Source: Azolla caroliniana
Lineage: Eukaryota > Plantae > Polypodiophyta
NCBI GenBank assembly: GCA_043228905.1
Contig: JBHGNT010000004.1
Coordinates: 24,738,001-24,802,000 of the forward strand
Direction: 5' to 3'
DNA: 64,000 nt
Shown: positions 11,196 to 24,500 of the stretch, piece by piece
How the letters are laid out: every line of letters begins with the position of its first letter
Numbering within the stretch: the stretch's first letter is position 1
The notes under the pieces: generated by a model
The model's database searches: none
Seen by the model: the letters and a program-made list of their open reading frames with translations, nothing else
What the model was told of the DNA's origin: nothing
Translations under genes and position numbers: made by a program

Positions 11196-14100
11196 TCAAT
11201 TTGTAGATTAAGAAATTTAGAAGATATGTCTATGAACTACTTTTGTCCATGTTGCAAATGTCCATTTCCAACCGTTTCTTTCTACTAGCGAAATCACTAA
11301 AAAAGATTGATGTTGTAGTATTGTTTTTTCTTTAGGGAGGTGGAGGTTTTCAAAAGTTGATCATTCCCATCTCTTTCCATTGTAAACCAAGAACAACATA
11401 ATGTCTAGATTGATGTTCTAAGATGGTTCTATATGTATACTTGTCAATTGAGAAGATTTAAATGAAATACAAATCCCTAACAAGATCATCCAAGATCCTT
11501 AGTAAGTCTATAATTATGAGAGATTTTTGGGCATTCAATGACATTGAAACTTTTGAGTTGATCACACTTAAAACTTGCATATTTGGACATTTTAGGTAAG
11601 TTGAACGAAGCCACTTTGACAATGTTGAGAATTGCCATCTTTAAAGTTGAGCTTTGTTGACCAATGGTAGTCATTACTTTGCACACTAGCGTGAACCTTA
11701 CATCTTCAAGTTCATGCGTACAAGCATTGTGTTTTGAATTGTATGTATACATGCGCATGGCACATTTGCCACTCCTATTTAACTTCAACTCTAACGTAGG
11801 CATATAGGCAACGCTCTGATACATGCGATGTTAACAAATGTTGTGTATGTTTGTGGATGGATATGCTTAAACAAAGTTTGTTTATCATATTCAAAATATT
11901 TCTCCTCATATGAAGTCGAGTTATTGCATTTCTTGAGAGGCAATTCACTCATTGCTTTTTAGATCATACCCACAATAGATAAATAATAATTATAATTTAA
12001 ATCCTTTTTTTTTAAGAAATCATTTTCATGCTACCTTCTTGTATCACAATACTTTATTCTTTTCAAACTCTAAACAAAAAACATGTTGGTAAATTAAATG
12101 TTATACTTAATCAAGGCCTCAATTAGACATGAAATAAGGCATAAAGTTCCAAAGAAGATAGTTTCTTATTCGTCGATGATGAAGGATTAGTAATAAAAGC
12201 ATATGTTCTTATCATTAATATAAAGGGGACAAATAGAGGGAAAGTAATAAATGACAATGGTCATTGCATGGAAAACAAGGAGAAAGGATGAGCATGATGA
12301 CACATTGCGTTTCAATGTGAATGTTCAAGAATAACATTTTGAAATGGGATGTTTAAACACGAGAAAGGGAAGATAGGAAATCTCTACTTTTAGAATTAAA
12401 CATGATCATAAATCACTATTTGTGAGGTCTATGGTGGTTTCAACGTGACATTGCACATTGTACAAAGATTTACAATATCTATATATTACCCCTTTGTGTG
12501 CAACTTACAGATAAGGCCATGGCATTTGAGCACAATATGATTACGTATTGGATGGTTGGGAAGAAACCCATTGTCATGATGTTGTGGGTTTTTAAGTCAT
12601 TGTGGTATTTTAAGTCACGGTCCTCCTAATGGTACTAGAGCATGCTATATTTTTAGAAGAAGGGTGTTTTTAAGGGAAATATAGATGTGTTTTGTGTTTT
12701 AATTTTAATTCAGCATAAAGAAAATGTTGATGCTTTCTCTATGTATAGCCTTACATCTCTAGACTCTCAACATCCCTAAGTTATCATTGACTATTGTTTG
12801 TCATTGGTGGTTGCTCGCTCTTGTTGGTTGACCTCACCACTGTCGATGTTGCTCATCGTCACTAGGCATTGCTAGTCTACACCCTTATCATCTTTGCCAA
12901 CAATGTCCCTATTTTTCATTGTGCGCAATATTCATGTTTTTCAATTGCTTAGCATGATGTTGATTGCTAACATTTTCATTGCATGTTTGCTCTTTCCAAG
13001 TTTATGATACAATGTGTATTAAAGAAGGATTTGTATATATCATTATGTAGGTGATGTAAGAGTGATTTTTCATATAAAACAAAACGATAGATTGTAAAAA
13101 GATGATATGGTATTTTCTACACTTAATGTGTCCACGCATTCTTTGTACTTGACTATAGACCAACAAATGTGATGGAGGAATTTTAGTAATGAAAACAAGT
13201 TATAATTTCATAAATGAGAGGATGTGTTTACATGGACCATGATGACACATTATATCCTTCATGAATGTTGCGTTAGTCCAAGTGTAGGAATTCCCTGTAT
13301 ATGACATAAAACATACGTCCACGTGTGCCATTAGTTTATTGGTTGTGCTCCTACATGAAGCAAAGCAAGAGACTTGTTAATACTATCATTGCGATTTCAA
13401 AATGGAAAGTGGGAAAGTATCTGAATGGATTATGTCGCTTGTCGGACTTCTAAGAACCAATAAAGGCCATGGTAATTTGGGTAGTAATACATATAAGTCT
13501 TACTAAAATGAATATTTCTATTGCCACAAAAATACAACCACAACACTGCCAACTTAGTACTAAGTTTTAATGGTTCAAATTTATTGTCTTGTGGTTTGCC
13601 CATGTAAAATGCATCTAATTTTATCAAATGTTTACTGACATTTTTGCATTGGGTTGTCACAATCAAACACAATTATGTAGATAGATTTTAAAAGCATAGA
13701 CTAACCCTTTCACCTTGGTCAACATAGAGGGTGGTTGAGAAGTTAATGTAGAATATGTGTTGGCCATTAGAGTTTGTTACCCAATGTTCTATAACAACAT
13801 TAGTGAGAAACAACTAAACTTAATTCTTCACTTTAAGCCACTAAGTTGTATTTGTATATACTTGACTAAGAACACATGGGCACAATGTTGTCTACCATTT
13901 GTACGAATTACTTTCAATTGACAAATATTCTCTTCAATGTAAGAAGGAACATTGGGGCAAAAGAGACTAGAGCCGCTACTGATGAACTATACATATTTTG
14001 CCCTAAATGATTTCATGAGTATGAGTATCACACTTGGATACATTGCTCCACAATTTACCACATTCAATTTTAAAATCACAATATGCATTCCCAAGTACAT

Positions 14101-14719
14101 TACTAAAATTCTTGAACATCCGGAGTCACTACTGTAACTCCCCACACATATTGTGAAAATGTTTCAGTTTTGGTCCCATTGCATAAATCATAATTGACCT
14201 CTATGGCCAATAGTAAAAACTATATATACATTTATTTAGCTTAGCTAGTGTATTGTCTCGATGTCTTTCATTGTTTCTCTTCATTGCTAATTGTCAATGC
14301 AAACTCTATATAAAAACCCCTCCCCTCCAAAATAAATAAATAAATATACCCTAAATATGGCACGAGGGGAATAGAGATTTTGCATTGTTTGACCTCAAGA
14401 GTTATGGAGGGTATACAAATAGAGGCAATGATGTTTAAACTAGGGCTTATGAATATTTAATCTAGTGGTGGATATGATTCAACGATAGGTAGTGGAAGAG
14501 AACCTTGATAGGGATAGGTCGTGACTCGTGACTATCAATGATTATGGAGGGTAAGCTCATAGAATGACCTACATGTTGTGGAAGCTCAAGATGACCACTA
14601 TATATTGAATCGAGAATAATTATGGAGATGGTTAGGGTTGTAGATCCAAAGAACTTGATAGTATGCAGACATGACATCTATGATCTAACTTCATCCAACA
14701 TGCTGCTTTACTTCGATAG

Positions 14720-17700
14720 GCATTGGTAGTCCTTAGTTTCTGATACATATCCAGTTTGCATTTGGCCTCTTCTAGTCAAGCCTCAATCCATACATTATTC
14801 GGGTATTGTTCTCGTAGTCGTTGCATAGAAACGGGTGTCCATTGCATTCTCTGCAGTTTCTCCCTCTTCTCTTTTCTAATTTTAGTTGCTTTCTTCCAAA
14901 AGAAACATGCACATTCCTCAATTTTCCCAGCCAACCTATGAGCGGATCATGATACATCCATTTAACATTAGACCATATTCTTCTTATATCATTAATCCAT
15001 TTATTGTCGATGTTGAGAATCAAGCTCAACATAGTGCAACATGTGAACACACCTTTTGAGAATCTATGATTACTCAAAGGTCAAGAGTCACACCACTACT
15101 CTCTACACATTAACTATGTGTCATAGAATCATATTCTATCACACATAACTAATGAGTTACATATTCCCCATTACTATGAGTCTTCACATTCCCCAAGAGA
15201 GAGTGGTTGTTGTAGTAAGTTAATGAAGAGAGAGGGTGACTATATATAAAGCACCCTCCTCATATTTCAAATTAAGTCGGTTGTGACTCCTTGTAATGCT
15301 ACATTTTGTAATTCTTATTCTCCTTGTGAATATACGCCTTCTTCTTGAGTATTCCCTTTTCTATCTATCTTGTGTTCTCTCTTCTCTCCTCTAATTCCTC
15401 TCACACATACACATAACACACATCTCTTCCGCTACACAAGAATCATACCCGATTCTTTATAGTCGATAACCAATTCCTTGCTCACCTTCACATTATGTGG
15501 CATGCATTGATTGTTTTCTTGTATATGCAACAAAACTGGTGCATGGTCTGAGAACATCATTCTAGGACAAATAATGCATTTGCTTTCCTATCGATCAACC
15601 AAGGGTCCAAATACCATCTGTCCAGCCTGGACATCATCCTCCCATGCATGCTTCCTCCTACTCTAGAGTATAGATGAGATTTTTCTTTTTGCATCTGAAA
15701 GTTAGATGCATTCCAACATTCTATCACATTATATGCTAAACAAAATTTATCCCATGGATATTTTTCCGCCCCCTGCACCGTGCCATTTGCATTTCCTCTT
15801 CTATCTTCTTGTTGATCCACCATATTAAAATCTCCTCCAATGATCCACAACTATGCATCTGGTTTCTTGTCTACTAGTTGCAACCGGAATTCTTTTCTTT
15901 CGGCGACCGAATTTGGGGCATATATGTTCAGTATGCCCAAGTGCCCACATTTGTATTTTATCCTTATATAGAAAACATGGCCCTCTATTAAACTCCCACT
16001 GCTTGTGTATGTTTCATTAAACTTAGCTTTCATTGCTATAAGTACTCCCCCATGAATTTGTCTATCCGTCGTAGTTGCAGTCCATGTATTGGTCCAACTC
16101 CTAGGGCAAATGTTTTCAATTTTGTCGATCTTATCCCCATCTAAATGGTGCTCCTGCATCACGATAACATCAACCACCATTGCCTCAGTGCATCGCTGAA
16201 TTTCAACAGCCAATACATTCTTCTTCATCTGGAATTGGGTGCCACCAATTCCTTGTATATTCCCTATGAGCAAGCTAAGATTCATTTCTGCATATAGCTT
16301 GCATCTTTTGTGGCCCAACCAATGTATTTTCGGCTTCCACTAGGCTAGCTAAGATCTTATCTTGGAGATTTTCCTTTTCCAGTGTCAATGTTTCAAGGTG
16401 GTATACCATGAACTCCGTGATCATTCTAGGAAGCTTCCTAAATTTCACATTTATGTAGCATATGCCTTACTCATTCGACTTGTCGGAACTCCATATCATG
16501 GCACCTTTCCATTGTCTTCTCATTTTCACACCTATTGCATTACCATATGATGAATCTACATGAGCACCCATTTGTTGTTCCAGCCATCCGAGTGCTTCTT
16601 CTCTGTTGTGGGGTTCCTTATTTCCAGCGACTAGCATATAAGATTGTCCAACGATCTAGCATTCGTCATCACAATTACCATATATATTGATTCTACACAT
16701 GCCGTCCTTCATCTCAATTCCACACATTTCCCTAAACCACTTTTTGGCCTGTCAATTTCAATTTGATCTGTTGCCCATTATTCGATAGGGGGATCGCTTT
16801 GTATTGAAGATTCCATTTCACTCTAGGCCATTTACGCATACCTTTATTTTTCTCCATCCCATTCTCCTCCTCTCTTCTAGCATGCATCTGCCTTTTCATT
16901 TTTGTTATCCCCTTAATATGTTGGGTTGTCACTAGTGACTTATCTTGCTCTTTCAAGGGGCTTACAACCTTTCCAATACTTATTTCTCCTACCTCATCCA
17001 TACTTTCATGATGCATTTGATCAGTTTTATCCGCTAACAAGCCGTCTTTCGGCTGTAATTTTTGCGTATCATTAATAGCTCTCACATAGTTGCTCTCCGG
17101 ATTTGCTTTCGTTTCTTGCTTCCCTTTCATTAGTTACGTTTTCATTGTCGTCTTTAAAGGTCAAGAGTTCATATTTGTTACTAAGTGGAAGCCATTCTTC
17201 TCTAGCCATAATATTTTGTTTTTCTTTATTGTTCTCATACTTCCATCCACCTTCATTCATATGCACTGCATGGTTTATTCTCGGATTGTTCTGTTGCATC
17301 AGACTTGTTGTGCTTTTCTATTCTTGCTTCCCATTTCTACGATGCATGGTCTCCTTACCTCTAGGGCATTCTTGAGCCATATGCCCCATATGTCTACATA
17401 CAAAGCATTGCCCTGGGAGTCCGACATATTCCACTGTTTGTACATGGTCGGGCATTAGTTTGCTGCTAAGCAACATCGATTTCGATAGGGCCTTTACGTA
17501 GAGGCAATTAATTTGATCCTCGGTGTTTCACTTATTCTCTCTGTTAATGTTTTTTCCAAGCATTTCCCTCCCATACTTTTGCCAATGGTCGAGAGAAAGG
17601 ACTCCCATTGCTTAGGTTAACCAAGGAAAAAGGCTGTTATCATTGCTAGATTACCCATACAAGCATATACACATGTCGAAGTCTGCATCCCATTTGAATA

Positions 17701-18260
17701 CATAGGCTCTTCCATTGTGCCATGTCAACGGGTTGCTCTCGATAATTTTGCATATGTTTGTTTTAGGCATCACATTGACATGGTAAAACCCATTTCCCAT
17801 AAATGTGATGTCTTTCATTCTTCCAAGGTCTTCTTGTAGTCAGATCTACAACCAGTCACGCGACAACTCTCGATTCGGTCGACTACCGACCACTTTCACC
17901 ACAAATGATACCTATCTAAGACATATTATTTCACTCCCCATGATGCATTCTTCTTCCGGGAGAGAAGGAAGGCTCCCATAGCTTGTATTGAGCTACCACT
18001 CCGAGTGTCCATCCCATCTATCCCCTGTTCTGGATCATCACCATAACAATTATACCTACGTTCCCGACATACATGCGTCCCCTTGTTGGCAAGAGGACTT
18101 CGTGCTGATGTTCGTGCAACCTCCAATGCTCCCGAATCGTTGTTCAATGACCCCTTTGCTACTGTTGCTCCTCTCATCCCTTCCATCCCCGTCGCTCATT
18201 GGTCTCTCACACATCGGAGTCGACAAGTAACTTGCACCAAAGTACAAAGAAAAAATATGT
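14720..18260 (-). mobile_element. Degenerate L1-clade LINE (ORF1, APE endonuclease and linker; RT not seen)
   Basis: ORF1 zinc knuckle VEYVGLPGQCFVCRHMGHMAQECPR at about 17360-17434. ORF2 starts MNLSLLIGNIQG at 16285, with MQEHHL, ILNIYAPN, WIIGGDFN, SRLDRWY and FSDHAPV. The linker continues to about 14720. Multiple stops; interrupted by a solo LTR. Confidence 0.85.
15011..15461. mobile_element. Solo LTR (451 bp) nested in LINE ORF2
   Basis: Starts TGTTGAGAATC and ends GATTCTTTATA (decayed GATTCTCAACA). 5-bp TSD GTCGA at 15006-15010 and 15462-15466. Internal TATA-like TATATATAAAG at 15241. Removing it restores the LINE frame KVSKELVIDNKWINDIRRIW. Confidence 0.8.
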
Positions 18261-18709
18261 CAAGATTTATCAATGATGATTGTGGATGAATGCAAAAGTT
18301 GCGGCATCAAGGCGTTGGACACTATAATTTCTTGATATCGTGAAAAATGAAGAAAAATGCGTTGGTGCACAACTTGCTTGGGTTGGTCATAGTACCTTGA
18401 TAGTATGGGTTGTGCATGGTGGACAATAAATGGAGTACTTCTCATAATATACCAAGAGATTGAAGTATGTGTTGAAAACTTAGTTCAAGTTGGCTATTGT
18501 ACAAAGATAATGACAAAAGCATAGGTTAGATCATCATATTTCTTTCTTATTGTGGATGATGAAGAAGGAATTGGAAGAAAAGCTAAATTCTCTTAAAACT
18601 AATCGATGAGATACTTGACAACTCTATATATTCCCCAATGCTACAAAACAATGGAATCAAATTGTAAGGCTCAAATTATAGACACACTCATACTTGATAC
18701 TTTTAAAAA

Positions 18710-20610
18710 CATCAATGAGCCAAGTTCAATGTAATGAAGGATTCAACGTGGAAGAAGACTATGGAGTTTGAGTTGAACGATATGGCATAACCACATTGGA
18801 ATTTAGTTGATAGACCAAACAAGAAGGTCATCAAGATGAAATGGGTTTGGAATATTACATATCATCAACAAAATACAAAGAGAGAGCTAAGATTGGGAAT
18901 ATGTTATTCTCACCAAAAGTCTACTATACTCAAATGTGATACAAGACCACACTTAGTTTATGTCATGGGAGTACTAGCAAAATTCTCAATATGAATTGAA
19001 GAAGAGGAAAATGCAAGATTGAATACATGTTCTAATTGCAATTGCATCAAAATTGAAGATATGGAAAGCAAGATGTGTGCGGACGCGTGTAGATGCATTT
19101 ATCTATATATGTATATAAAATAATTGTGTAAACTCTATTGTGTGCATTGACTTTTGGTGGGATATATATATATAAGGAATTTCTTGAAGGAACACAAAGG
19201 TAAGCATGATATTAACAATGAATGAAATTAAAAGATAACGAGTTGAAGAAGACTTTTATGGTTTGATATATGAGAACATACTCAAAGTTTTAGTTAGGAA
19301 ATGTTTCAAAATAGAAGTAGTCACTCTTCTAGTCAAATACTATAATGGTGTCACTACAATCATTATTTTATACGCTGATGATATGTCATTAAATGAGAAT
19401 GATGGAAAAAGTGTTGATGGTCTTTAGTAAAATTTGAAGCATATTTTGAAGATATCAAATTTGGCTTATTGCACTATTATCTTGGAACGAAGGTTCTATG
19501 GATTGAGGAGGGCATTTATATGCATTGATATAAGCACACAAAGAATATACTTGATTGATTTAATCTACATATCCTACGCTCTATGCTTGTGTTGACGAAG
19601 GGGGTGCTTAAGGTAGTTAAATTGGCAACTAAGTAAAAAAACACAAGGTGAAGAAAGAACTATAACAAAGAAAGATGAAGCTACTAATAATCTTCTCAAG
19701 TTTTTGACAAAGTCAATTGAGGAGCAACAATCCACTAATCTTCGAGAGAATCATTACGAGAAATGGCCAAATGAATTTTTGGCCTAGCGAAGGATCACTC
19801 AATCAGAAGCATGTAAATGACTGGGGCAAGGGCACGTAGAAACATGAGGATCATAAAGTTGACAAAGGCTCATATAGACACAAAGGCTTGAGACTTTTTT
19901 TTTTACGATTGAGATGCCTTCTTATCGAATGTATGTGATGTCAATGAAGGAAGATATGGCCCCTCAGTCAACTAGAAGGTTATAATTTTGGAGAATTTGG
20001 GAGTTGACATTACTTAGCACACGGGTTGTAAAAGTTTGGGGCAAGATTGGTCATCGAACAAGAAACTTAATATTTTTAAAATTGGAAGGCTCCTATTGTG
20101 AATGTCCAATTGGATATTGTTGTTTTCTTATGGATTCAAAATGTCAACGACAACCACTTGTTGCAGGCTTCTTGCACTAGGTAGCCTCGACATGTTGCAA
20201 TAGAGGCAAGGATTGTTTAGACATTGATGTTGCCTCTCAACATTGATCAAAGGCTTTTCGACTTGTGTCGCTTACACAGTCAATTTCTTCCCATTGTGGG
20301 AACATCAAGTTGTAATGATGAATACAAAGTAGCATTCGATGCTATTGTTGAGTGTGCATGTCGTAGGAGACTATTATCAAATTTGTCACTTGAGCAAGTA
20401 CTTGCGGCTTGCATGTTTAAGCATAATCTTTCAAACATGTACAAAACACATTGAAGTGCGTTGCCACTATGTTCGAGAGTTGTTCCATGTAAGGAGATAA
20501 CTTTGATCTATGTACCAACTTAAGAAATGTTGTGGGAATTTTTATCAAGGCTTTGTCTTCAGAAAAGTTTGAATACACTTTCACAAGGGATAAGGGATTA
20601 GGCATTCTTT
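18710..20610 (+). mobile_element. Highly degenerate Ty1/copia RT-RNase H remnant
   Basis: WKKTMEFEL...WNLVDRP.KKVIKMKWV (about 18749-18850), ILYADDM (about 19364-19384), LLHYYLG, TSSCNDEYK, TKHIEVRCHYVRE, IFIKALSSEKF. Confidence 0.75.
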
Positions 20611-20639
20611 GAATACATGGATTCAAATCTATGATATTC

Positions 20640-21132
20640 AAGTACGAACATCGGGAGTAGGGGATGATGTTGGTGATAAAGGCACAAGAGGTTTTGTTTT
20701 CCACCATTGATAATATCCACTCAACTCCTATTAATGCCAAAGCTCAAGTGGTGTTGGAATTGGCCAACCCAATAACTCTTTGGATTCTCGAGAAACAACG
20801 GTGTAGACGGGTCTTTTCCAATCAAACTGTGAATCAAGCAATGTTATTGCAGGAGATACGGAGTGATGTTGTGACCACTCTAAAGATCCAATACGATGGC
20901 CTCACGAGCGGATCCGATGGAGTTGAAAGACAACGGTTAACCTTCATCCAACAATGGTCTTCCTCTCCCTTTCGGTTAACCGTCATCCAACAATGGTCGT
21001 CCTTTCCCTTTTTTGAGTCAGTGGGCCTCCACATAAGATGGAACCATCGTGTCCATATTGGGATTTGTACATAACATTCTCATCGATAATATTTTATAAT
21101 TAATGGAAGGAGTTTTTTTGGGGATAAAAAAA
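20640..21132 (+). mobile_element. 5'-truncated LINE 3' fragment (ORF2 C-terminus) with a 39-bp tandem duplication
   Basis: ORF 20664-21074 (LWILEKQRCRRVF...QYDGLTSGSDGVERQRLTFIQQWSSSP) aligns by eye with the C-terminus of the LINE at 21731-22105. Duplicated units at 20934-20972 and 20973-21011. Confidence 0.75.
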
Positions 21133-21529
21133 GGCTAGGATATTCATTTCACAACTTTCAGTTCATGGGGGGATGTTACAGTCAATGTGTACCTATGCAC
21201 GCATTGGTTTGAACATATGTTTCATGGCCACTTTTTCCTCTAGAACCAACTTACGGTTTAGATCCCATCTAAACACATTAGTTAACCATTGGGCTTCCCA
21301 CTTCATTATTTCTTGGTAATAGTAAGCAACAATTAATTATGTAAGAGTCAAATGTTTGAAGAGCTTAGTGGGTTTTTTGAGCTAATACATAGTACAATCG
21401 GTCTTGTACACTTCTGATTACTCCGCTTGTTTCATGAATCTTTTTTGTCTTTTGCTTATTCTTATTATGTGTGAGCTAGTCAACAATTGCCCTCATGTCT
21501 TAAATGTCTTCTCAACAAGTAACAATATA

Positions 21530-24500
21530 TTTTTTTTTCCCAAAAAAAACACTACTTCACATTAGTTAGCAAGCAAATTACATCATAGATCACCAAAAAT
21601 TCCTCTCATCAACCCTCACTCTGGCCTTCCCACCAAAGTGGACATAGTCCCCACCTCATTTTCAACAAAAGTATCCAATTAACTCCTATAACCTAGTAAT
21701 TTGTACCATATCTATACATATTTACAACACCTAGTCACTGATGGAAACCATTGGGGGAAACAGCCATCGGGGTGCTTGGTAGTTCCATTGAGGCCCTGAT
21801 GATGATCTGCCCACCATAGGAGAACTACCCCATTTCAGCAAGAACTTTGATCGAGTTCTTTCAGTTGCATCAGATTCCCCCTTAATCGATTCGTATTGTC
21901 CCTGCAGCCAAGATACCAACTCAAACCAGATATTTAATAACACCTCACCGCTAGGGATCTTTTGATGTTGAAAAACCAACTTACACCGCCTGGTCCAAAT
22001 GTGCCAGACCGATAAACAAGCCACCATCATCCATATCTCTTCAAAAAATTCTGAGTTAGTGCCAAGTCGAACTCCAGCCCGTTGAAACACCTTGCCACCC
22101 TGCACTATAAATCCATGACCGTGGGGGTTTAACTGTTCAGCCTAGCCTTCCCATGTTAACTTCAGCCCCTGTACGGACCCCCATACAACTCTCCCATTCA
22201 CGCCGCATGCTGCCACTATCTTGAGACTTCTACCCCAAATGCTAATAGCCTCTTTGCAATTCCAAAAACAATGAGGAATTGATTCCAAAGGGTGTCCACA
22301 AATCTTGCAACCAACCTCACCACCACGACACCTAAGCCACTCCCCCACCGGTACCGCTTTGTGACTAAGGAGCCACAACCAAAGCTTTATTTTTTCTGGC
22401 ATATCAAACACCCATAGCCTCCTCCAAAAAGACTTCAACAAGTCATTAGAAATGCCTTTATCCTTCCAACTATTGCGAGTTAGAGCAGCACCCATCGATT
22501 TGGAGCCAATGATTTGCCTTCCTAGCTTAGTAGTGTACTCGAAAAACTGTTCTAGTTTGTCCATTCCCGGTTTCTGCCACCACACCTCTAGTGGATCCCA
22601 ATCCAAATCACATATGGGCTTGTTGTCAACTATCCAAAGCTTACAATAAGATTCTAGCTTCCCTGGGTCCGGGTTTACTTGCCACTTCTTACCTTCCAAC
22701 ACTGCCACTCGCACTACCAACCACTGGCCAGTGTTTGCCACAACACTTAGGTTGCCCCACAAGCGATACTCATTAGATGGGCATCTGCCTTGGATAATTT
22801 GTGCATCACCCTCACCTACAAACCACCCAAACTAGACCCCCTCTTCTTCATTCAGCCTAACTAGACCATCAACAACCTTATCTATCAAACGGGTCACCTT
22901 TTCTAGCTTGCAAGTAAACCTAGGACTACCAACCAAACCCTCCCTTCTTTTCCTTTTGAAATCCTCCCAGTCTCTTACGGAACTAACATTGTACCCTACC
23001 ACTTGCCCCCATGGTAAGTATTTATTCTGGCCAAGCATCATACCGTCATCATCTCTAATCCTGGGGTTCCAAAACAGTGGTTGACAGAGTTGTTCCTCCA
23101 TCGTTTTTGGCTGCATTAAGACCAACCCCTCTCTTAAACTTGACCAGGCCCTCATTATGGTGCGGGCCACCCTATCCTCCATGCTAGTAGGTTCTTTTAA
23201 CTTTAGTCCTAGACTGAACAACCACCACTTCTTTGCCTTCCAAGGGCCACCATTCCTCAAACACCAGAGTTCAGTTTTGTCTCTAAGAAGCAATTTCCAC
23301 AATTCTGGCCCAGGTTGGAGACTTCACACCAGGAGCTTACCGAGTAAAGCCTTACTTTGGTGAACCGGATCCACCATCCCTAGTCCACCTTGATTTTTTG
23401 CTTTGATCAAACAACTCCAAGCCACTTTAGTTGACATCATCTCGTGGTCTCTACTCGACCAAAGGAACCCTCTCACCATTGCCTTGATATTTTTGATGCA
23501 ATCTTTAGCTAACATCCAACATGCCAATGAGTGCCACATGGTGGCCAACAAAATGTGGTTTACCACAACCACTCTACCTGCAAGGGAAAGCTTTACTGAT
23601 GCCCATAACCGAAGTTTTTTTCTAATTTTGTCTTTCACTTGCTCAAGCTGCTGATTTTTCTGAATCTCTACTCCCACCAAAAAGCCCAGATATTTAACAA
23701 CCCTTCCATTAGGGACCCATTGAAAATCAGCATTAGGTTGCCAAAGCGGCCATGAGTTTGGACTTACCCAAAACCCTCTACTTTTGTTCCAATTAATTTT
23801 CCTACTTGATGCTTTACAAAACAACTCAATCCGTTTTTCAGCTTGCTGTAAATTAGCATCATTGCCTTGTAGATAGAGCATAGTGTCATCTGCATACATG
23901 GAGTCCAACAAGTCCTTGCAAGCATGTGGGACAACCAATCCCCAAATTCCTGCATCCGGTCTATTTAAAAAGAAAGAGAATGCCTCTGAAATAAATAAAT
24001 AAAGATAGGGGGCCAACGGGCACCCCTGCCTGATAGACTTGCATAATGGAATTGATGGGCCCCGTTGCCCTAATACCATCACCCTACTGCAGCTTCCTTT
24101 GTAAAGTGCCAACGCAGCTGATATCCATTTTGAGGGTAGTCCCAGTCGTTCCATGACTTTATCTAAAAAAGGCCAATGTACTCTGTCATATGCCTTCTCG
24201 AAGTCAAGCATGAGACATACAATATGTTGATTGGTTTTCTTTGCCAGGGCAATCGCCTCCCAAAAGGTCAACACATTATCAATTATACATCTATTTTCCA
24301 TGAATCCTGTTTGTCCAACATTAATTAGCGCATGTAGGTGGGGTTTGACCCTCTTCGCCAGAATATTAGAAAAAATCTTATAGATTGTGTTGAGCAACGT
24401 AATCGGTCTCCATTGCCTCACATCCGTTACTATACCCTTTACTTTAGGAATTAGAAATATTAGTCCCTCTTTAAAATGCTCAGGAAGGTACCCATCATCC

